DNA of 64,000 nt from Candidatus Bathyarchaeota archaeon (GTDB lineage: Archaea > Thermoproteota > Bathyarchaeia > Bathyarchaeales > Bathycorpusculaceae). A program made the translations under genes and the position numbers. The first letter of the stretch is position 1; every line of letters begins with the position of its first letter. The notes below the pieces were generated by a model. The model saw nothing but the letters and a program-made list of their open reading frames with translations. It made no database searches and was not told where the DNA came from. Of the stretch, positions 57,865-64,000 are shown piece by piece. The DNA lies in the NCBI GenBank assembly GCA_963828195.1, contig CAWHDT010000003.1, forward strand, positions 397,397 to 461,396. The letters run 5' to 3'.

Positions 57865-58692
57865 CTATTTAGGGCATGATGTTGGCTTCGGTGTCGGAGT
57901 GGGCGTGGGCTTGGGGGTCGGGCATGGCTTCGGAGTTGCTGTGGGAGTCGGGGTTGGGGTTGGGCATGTTGTTGGTTTGGGTGTTGGAGTTGGACACGGC
58001 GTTGGAGCAGGCGTTGGTTGTGATGATAAAGGAATATTTAAGCTAAAGTGTAAACTTGGAATCCCGTAGGGTACATTTCCCCCAAGTCCCACAAATAGAT
58101 TATAGGTAAATGTTGCTCTTGGAGCTAACGTTGTTGGAAATGCTGATATTCCCGTGTGGCTAAAATCCGTAACCCAGTTTGCACTTGCATCTAAATGTGT
58201 AAGATATGTGCTAAGGGTGTCAGTTCCAAAGTTAGCTGATGTCCACGGTTTGCTAGAGGTGGCTGTTGGTGAAGGATATCCGACAGTTATGCTATAAGGT
58301 TGGAATGCTAAAGTGTCAGTACCTGTATTAGTTATGGTTACTGCAAATTGAACATAATCTTCGGGAACGAAGTTACTTGCAGATATTGACACTGTTGAAG
58401 GAGTGCCAAATGCCATCTTAGTATAGTCAGCTATGTTTGTTGTTGTGTAAGAATGCCCATCTAAGGTGATTGGAGTGTAAACAGCATTTGTCACTACTCC
58501 AACAACAGTTGTAGTAAAATTATCTGTATTGCCAATGCATAAAGATGTGTTTTGTGAGTTAGATAAGGAAGTATCTGCATTTGTGGTTGCGAAAAAAGCA
58601 ATTAGCAACGACGCTACTATGATGGACACTACTAATATTCTTTTGATTGACTTGGTCATTTTACTATGCCAGTCTTTAATTTTGCCCATCAC
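57865..58692 (-). CDS. Secreted protein, paralog of 58832-59596, with PT/Cys-rich tail
   Basis: Signal peptide, GVVTNA..TP.., NFVPEDYVQFAVTITNTG, FVGLG..PYGI. Confidence 0.75.
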   Translation of the reverse strand: MMGKIKDWHSKMTKSIKRILVVSIIVASLLIAFFATTNADTSLSNSQNTSLCIGNTDNFTTTVVGVVTNAVYTPITLDGHSYTTTNIADYTKMAFGTPSTVSISASNFVPEDYVQFAVTITNTGTDTLAFQPYSITVGYPSPTATSSKPWTSANFGTDTLSTYLTHLDASANWVTDFSHTGISAFPTTLAPRATFTYNLFVGLGGNVPYGIPSLHFSLNIPLSSQPTPAPTPCPTPTPKPTTCPTPTPTPTATPKPCPTPKPTPTPTPKPTSCPK

Positions 58693-58831
58693 CTTTTATG
58701 CTTTATGAATGTCTTATTCTTATGTAACGTCTTTTGTTACCGTCATTTATTGAATTGAAATTGAATCTGGTGTCAACTGTTAGTTAATTGAAAAATAAAA
58801 AGGGAAATTTGTTTTAAAGTTTTTAGCTGTT

Positions 58832-59596
58832 TTAGCTTGCTACTGGTAGGTTTATGGTTACGGTTGTGGAGAACGCACCTATACCGTATGGAGCACTGTT
58901 ACCAAGTCCTATGAACATATTCCAGACGAATGATTGTCCTGTGGTTAGATATAATGGCATTTCTGTCAATGCTGAATTGTAGCCAGGGTAACCAACTGCA
59001 TTCCAACTGTTGTCAGCAAACCAAGATGCAGCCCAAGGTGTTGCATCATAAGGTGATATCAGAACGCCGTTAGGTGAAGTATTGCTTAGATAGGCTATAT
59101 CTGTGGCTTGTGTATCTTGTCCAAATTCGCCAGCGCTAAGTGTGATAGTTCCATATTGAGTTTGTGTATCATATACTGTTGTCCCGCCAATACTGTCTGT
59201 TACCGTATAAGTGTCTCCCTTAAGTGCTAAAGTAGCAGAGCCAGTGTTCGTTATTGTTATGGCAAATACTGCCCAGGTGCCAGATACGAAACCGCCTGTG
59301 TTTACTGTTACTGCCGAAGGATTGTTAGGGTTTCCAGCTACTGATGGTGGAGTGTAACTGGCTATGTTAGTACCACTATAACTATAACCATTGCCATTAT
59401 TTAGACTGAGTGGAGTTTCAGCTGCATTTGTCGCCACACCTGCAATAGAAGTGGTAAAAGTAGCTGTTGCCGTGTTTGCTGTAAAAGTTGCAACGCTCTG
59501 GTTGAACCATGATGCAATTGCTGGTGTTACTAATGATATTGCGAATCCGCATACTATGACTAACGCCAAAATAGATAGAATTAGTTTTTTTCGCAT
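58832..59596 (-). CDS. Secreted TasA/camelysin-like protein (candidate)
   Basis: Signal peptide, SWFNQSVATFTANTATATF, FAITITNTGS. Confidence 0.7.
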   Translation of the reverse strand: MRKKLILSILALVIVCGFAISLVTPAIASWFNQSVATFTANTATATFTTSIAGVATNAAETPLSLNNGNGYSYSGTNIASYTPPSVAGNPNNPSAVTVNTGGFVSGTWAVFAITITNTGSATLALKGDTYTVTDSIGGTTVYDTQTQYGTITLSAGEFGQDTQATDIAYLSNTSPNGVLISPYDATPWAASWFADNSWNAVGYPGYNSALTEMPLYLTTGQSFVWNMFIGLGNSAPYGIGAFSTTVTINLPVAS

Positions 59597-59824
59597 TTTT
59601 GTCTCTCCTTTCTGTAAATGGGTATATTTGCTTCGTTTTGATATTTAACACCCCGAGAACTAGACGGTACGTACTAGAAGGTATGGAAGAGCGTTCTATA
59701 TAGAAAAATTTCAGGCTCGCCGCTTTCAAAACGCAGTGATCACAAAATAAAAGAAAGATAGCCTTAAAAAATCAGTTCTTTATGGTTATTGAGGTAAAAA
59801 ACTGCGAAATTAAGCTCTGGTAAA

Positions 59825-60133
59825 TTAATTAATTTGTTCTACGTTCTGTCCCTGAGAAGATGCGAAATAGTCATTCATAAAATGTTTACCTTCGGAGGTA
59901 GTATGGTAGACAACGCTTCCTTGGTTTAATTGTTTAGTCAGCAATTTCATTCGGATGCAAAATTCTAGGTATCTGTTGATACGCTTATTGTTTAAGTTGG
60001 CAGCGTAGACAATGCGCGTTTTGTTTGAACCCTTTACGCATGCTTGAAGAATATCTCGGGTGATATCAATGCCATTACGGCGTTTTGACCTCAGGGAACC
60101 ATCTCCTTTCCCGCGAAAGGCGCAAAGTACCAC
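59825..60133 (-). CDS. Archaeal winged-helix transcription regulator
   Basis: RRNGIDITRDIL..KTRIVYAANLN..Y..TSEG. Confidence 0.8.
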   Translation of the reverse strand: MVLCAFRGKGDGSLRSKRRNGIDITRDILQACVKGSNKTRIVYAANLNNKRINRYLEFCIRMKLLTKQLNQGSVVYHTTSEGKHFMNDYFASSQGQNVEQIN

Positions 60134-60432
60134 ATTTTCAACCTATCATCATTTAAGCGATGTGCATTTATGCCAGTTAGAATATAGAGCGAACAACTAG
60201 AAAACCCAAATTTAAGTTTCGCCACATTCATTCCAGCTTTTATCTTAAACAAGCAAACACCGAAAACGCATATAAGTCATATTTCCTAAAACGTAACATA
60301 TCAAAAAACACACACATTTTCCCAATTTTCCCGTATGAAAAACAGCCAAAAAACCCAAAACTTATTTGGAGAGCTAGAACATTGAGACAGTTAATTTTAA
60401 GTTTCTCGCTGTGACAATATTTTTGATGTTTT

Positions 60433-61353
60433 ATGGGTTCTCAAGAGGTTCTTATTGAAGCGAAGGGTTTAGCGAAGAAGTTTGATGATTTCACAGCGGT
60501 AGACCATATTGATTTTAAAGTTTACAAGGGCGAATGCGTTGGCTTCTTGGGACCCAACGGCGCGGGAAAAACGACAACGATGCGCATGATCTACTGTTTC
60601 CTGCCCATCACCGAAGGAGAGTTAACCGTGGCAGGCTTAAACGTCTCAGCGCAGGCTAGGGAGATAAAAGGTCTGATTGGCGTTTCCCCGCAAGATGACA
60701 ACTTGGACCCCGACTTCACAGTCATGAAGAACCTGCAAGTCTACGCACGGTACTTTGACGTACCCAAAGAGAAAGCTAAACAGCGAGCAGCAGAGCTTTT
60801 AAAGTTCTTTTCGTTGGAGGAAAAAAAGGACGCCTCAGTTTCTCAGCTTAGCGGCGGCATGAAACGACGCCTAATCATGGCACGTGCACTAATCAACGAA
60901 CCAAAAATCCTTCTGCTAGACGAGCCGACTACGGGGCTGGACCCTCAAGGTAGGCACTTAGTCTGGGATGAAATTCGCATGCTTCGCAAACAGGGCGCGA
61001 CCATTATACTCACAACACATTACATGGATGAGGCTGCAGCCCTGTGTGATCGTATCCTCATTGTGGACAACGGGAAGATCATCCAAACAGGTGCCCCACA
61101 AGTCCTTATCAAGCAGTTTGCTGGTGAAGACGTGTTGGAAGTTGAATACGACGAATCCATGGTGAAACAGATCAAGGCAATGATGCCTGACGCAGAAGTT
61201 GAAGTCTTCGGCGACCAAGTCAGAGTCTTCGCTAAAGAACACGGCATGTTAGAGCAAGTCATCAAGCAGTTTCCAGACAAAACCATGACTATACGCAACG
61301 CCAACTTAGAAGACGTATTCCTCAAGTTAACAGGGAGGAAACTACGCGAATGA
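60433..61353 (+). CDS. ABC exporter ATPase (NodI/DrrA-like)
   Basis: GPNGAGKT, LSGGM, LLLDEPT, TTHYM. Confidence 0.95.
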   Translation: MGSQEVLIEAKGLAKKFDDFTAVDHIDFKVYKGECVGFLGPNGAGKTTTMRMIYCFLPITEGELTVAGLNVSAQAREIKGLIGVSPQDDNLDPDFTVMKNLQVYARYFDVPKEKAKQRAAELLKFFSLEEKKDASVSQLSGGMKRRLIMARALINEPKILLLDEPTTGLDPQGRHLVWDEIRMLRKQGATIILTTHYMDEAAALCDRILIVDNGKIIQTGAPQVLIKQFAGEDVLEVEYDESMVKQIKAMMPDAEVEVFGDQVRVFAKEHGMLEQVIKQFPDKTMTIRNANLEDVFLKLTGRKLRE

Positions 61354-62177
61354 CCAGTTGGCTACCGAGCTTAACGTACCGCGTCTGGCTGGTTTGGCGC
61401 AGAAACCTCGATGTCTTCACAAAAACCATATTTGTCAACTTCTTACCCGCGCTCATGGAGCCAATTCTTTATTTGGCGGCGTTCGGGTTCGGTTTAGGCG
61501 CCTTGTTCGGCGCTGGCGGTCATATTCCTGGGTTAGGTAACACCACTTACATCCAGTACATCGGGCCAGGACTCATCGCTATAGCCGTAATGTACGGCAG
61601 CTTCTACGAATGCACCTACGCCTCGTTCGTTCGCATGTACTATCAAAAAACGTTTGACGCCATCATCGCCACGCCTGTGAGCGTAGACGAAGTTATAGCG
61701 GGGGAAATCCTCTGGGGAGCCACAAGAGCAACCATAAACGGGACAATTGTCCTCGCTGTAGTTGCGGCTTTCGGCTTGGTTTCCAGTTGGTGGGCGCTTC
61801 TCGTGCCCATTGTCGCGTTCGTTGGCGGTTTACTCTTTGCTGCATTAGGAATGTGCTTCACGTCGCTGGCGTCAGCCATCGACTTCTTTAATTTCCCCAC
61901 GTTCCTCTTCATCACGCCCATGTTCCTGCTCAGCGGCACCTTCTTCCCTCTCAGCGTCGTCCCTAACGGTTTCGCTTTGCAGGTTGTAGCGCTCGGTTTC
62001 TTCCCGTTGACGCAGATCGTTGACATGTCGCGAGGCTTAATGTCGGGCAGGATCGGTTCTCTTGCAGGCTTAGGGTCAACGGCGATGTGGGTGTTTGCAG
62101 TTGTCTGGGTTGCCTTGGTCATGGTGATGTTCTTTTTGCTTGCAATCTACCTCATGAAGAAAAAACTCATAAAATAA
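61350..62177 (+). CDS. ABC-2 permease (NodJ-like)
   Basis: EPILYL, TFDAIIATP, LSGTFFP. Confidence 0.92.
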   Translation: MTSWLPSLTYRVWLVWRRNLDVFTKTIFVNFLPALMEPILYLAAFGFGLGALFGAGGHIPGLGNTTYIQYIGPGLIAIAVMYGSFYECTYASFVRMYYQKTFDAIIATPVSVDEVIAGEILWGATRATINGTIVLAVVAAFGLVSSWWALLVPIVAFVGGLLFAALGMCFTSLASAIDFFNFPTFLFITPMFLLSGTFFPLSVVPNGFALQVVALGFFPLTQIVDMSRGLMSGRIGSLAGLGSTAMWVFAVVWVALVMVMFFLLAIYLMKKKLIK

Positions 62178-62185
62178 CTCTAAAG

Positions 62186-63103
62186 CTAAGCTTTAACCAA
62201 GTCAGCTACCACAAAATAAAAGGCTGCGAGCCCCCGCCACTTACCCCACGGCTCCGCGATTTTCCTTGCTTCCTCGCTTGAGATTCTTCTGCCGCCGCAA
62301 TAAAACTTTGAGATTATGCGCCTCAACCCAACATCATCAGCAGGCATAGCATCCCACTTCTGCAACGATCGGATAACGGTTAGCTCAGCCGTCCAAGTGC
62401 CGATTCCTCTTACCTCGTCAAGCTCCTTCACGATGTCGTCAGCGCTACTGTAGCTCCTGAATTTCTCCAAATCCAGCTTTCCCGTAGCAACAGCCGCAGA
62501 AATATCCTTCACGTATTCAGCTTTGCGCCCGCTTAAACCGCAGCCCCGCAATTCACCGATATCGGCGGCTGCAAGAGCCTTCGGCGCAGGATAAGCAAAG
62601 TAAACGTCTCCTTGAATTTTCAGGGTTTCGCCGAACTTTTTAATCATGCGCCTCTCCATGGCCGTGGCGACGGTTAGACTGATTTGCTGCTCCACAATTG
62701 AATCCATGAGCGCTTCGTAAACGGTTTGAGTCGTGGGACTGCGCAATCCCCTAAGCTTCGAAGTGATTTTCAGGAGGATTTCATCGTTTTTTGCTACGTC
62801 GTAGAGGGGTAACACATCTAAATCCAAGTTGAAGAGCCGTGTAACCATTTTAGTTGCCTCCTCAGCGTCCACATCGCTAATTTCCCTTGTCGTTTTCAAC
62901 TCGGCTCTAAGCCTTGGTGATTCAACGGTGCCCACTGACTCCAGCGTCAACAAGCCAAGTTTGTCGTCAACCCGAATCACCTGCCGAAACCTTCCGTGTT
63001 CATACATGCGGATTTGTCTGTCGCCGTTGCCAAATATTTGAGCGGTTAAAGCAAAATTGAAAGGCGCCAATGCTTGAACTGTAAAGGTTTCTGTGAAGGT
63101 CAT
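62186..63103 (-). CDS. alkA: DNA-3-methyladenine glycosylase II (HhH-GPD)
   Basis: IVEQQIS, GLSGRKAEY, RGIGTWTAE, PADD. Confidence 0.9.
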   Translation of the reverse strand: MTFTETFTVQALAPFNFALTAQIFGNGDRQIRMYEHGRFRQVIRVDDKLGLLTLESVGTVESPRLRAELKTTREISDVDAEEATKMVTRLFNLDLDVLPLYDVAKNDEILLKITSKLRGLRSPTTQTVYEALMDSIVEQQISLTVATAMERRMIKKFGETLKIQGDVYFAYPAPKALAAADIGELRGCGLSGRKAEYVKDISAAVATGKLDLEKFRSYSSADDIVKELDEVRGIGTWTAELTVIRSLQKWDAMPADDVGLRRIISKFYCGGRRISSEEARKIAEPWGKWRGLAAFYFVVADLVKA

Positions 63104-63265
63104 CTTCTTTCATCTTTAGGTTGTGTTGGGGCATTTGACATATTAAAGATTTTAAATTTAAATCGCCTTTGTAGGGAGACATTACAAGGCAATGGCCCTG
63201 CGAATATTTTGTTCATGAAGCTAATGTGGCGAGAAAACCTTTATACTGATTCTTCATAAGGTATT

Positions 63266-63571
63266 TTGAAAATGAAGTCATTAGAAGAAGCAAAACAACA
63301 GCTGAAAAATCTAAAACCTGCCCTGAGGAATAATTTTTCAGTCAGCACCATCGAAATCTTTGGCTCCTACATAAGAGGGGAACAGACCGAAAAAAGTGAT
63401 TTGGATCTTTTGGTCACTTTCTTAGAACCCAACGATGTTGACCTTTTGAAATTCATCGAATTGAGGCTTTTTCTCAAAGATAAACTCGGCGTTAATGTTG
63501 ATCTGATTGAAAAAGATACAATTAAGCCCCGTATAAGAAAGCGGATTTTGGAAGAGGCAGTTCAAGTTTGA
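63266..63571 (+). CDS. mntA: MNT antitoxin (minimal nucleotidyltransferase)
   Basis: FGSYIRGEQTEKSDLD (GSx10DxD). Confidence 0.9.
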   Translation: MKMKSLEEAKQQLKNLKPALRNNFSVSTIEIFGSYIRGEQTEKSDLDLLVTFLEPNDVDLLKFIELRLFLKDKLGVNVDLIEKDTIKPRIRKRILEEAVQV

Positions 63572-63960
63572 AAAAGGATGTAGATGTCTACCTTGATGAC
63601 ATGATTAATGCCATCAACGAAATTGAGGCGTCCACGAAAGATATCAGTTTTGAAGCTTTCGCAAGAAATTATGAAAAGATAAATTCTGTGGCTTACGATG
63701 TTTTGATCCTAGGTGAAGCAGCCAATAAGCTTCCCGAATCTTTTCAAGAGAAGAATCCACAGGTCCCTTGGCGTATACTTAAGGACATAAGAAACGAGCA
63801 TATTCATGAATATCACACGGTCAAACCTGATAAACTTTGGAAAATGGCGAAGCTGAGCTTGCCAAAAATAAAGACAATGATTGAGGGAACTCGTGAAAGA
63901 ACGGCCCCAATGAATCTTAAATGCGAATACGCGGTTAAATTATTTAACATATACATTTAG
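63568..63960 (+). CDS. hepT: HEPN (DUF86) RNase toxin
   Basis: LGEAA, PW, RNEHIHEY (Rx4HxY). Overlaps the mntA stop. Confidence 0.88.
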   Translation: MKKDVDVYLDDMINAINEIEASTKDISFEAFARNYEKINSVAYDVLILGEAANKLPESFQEKNPQVPWRILKDIRNEHIHEYHTVKPDKLWKMAKLSLPKIKTMIEGTRERTAPMNLKCEYAVKLFNIYI

Positions 63961-64000
63961 AAGTTAAATGCGGCATACCGAAATTTGTTAGTTAAAGATT

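Noticed and set aside
1-64000. tRNA/rRNA genes, integrase, transposase, reverse transcriptase, and the many antisense shadow ORFs in the track
   Set aside because: None of these genes was recognisable. The shadow ORFs overlap well-supported genes and lack motifs.

Overview
Archaeal chromosomal segment, most likely Bathyarchaeia (TACK). This is inferred from the crenarchaeal-type PolB3, archaeal DnaG, aIF-2beta, DUF373/DUF424/uppS, and expanded secreted beta-propeller and beta-helix proteins. From left to right it holds: a partial beta-helix gene; a box C/D guide RNA candidate; rubrerythrin; an AT-rich accessory cluster (DUF2971-like, membrane proteins, ParB-like); a complete type I-B CRISPR-Cas locus (cas6-8b-7-5-3-4-1-2, leader, 15 repeats and 14 spacers); secreted propeller proteins; a molybdo-flavoenzyme operon with XdhC and MocA; a small orphan island; housekeeping genes; a sedolisin; cytochrome bd with DUF981 and a long-chain prenyltransferase; a second ParB-like gene; dnaG; polB; TasA-like secreted paralogs; an ABC exporter; AlkA; and an MNT-HEPN toxin-antitoxin pair. 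The most notable unexplained signals are: a ~235-bp three-hairpin non-coding element present twice in inverted orientation; four perfect 12-mers upstream of cas6; eroded or noisy leader-proximal CRISPR units; a slippery-site -1 frame giving a ParB-like protein a Cys-rich tail; dnaG apparently starting at ACG; and a PolB3 lacking all proofreading residues. All calls are by eye. No databases were searched.
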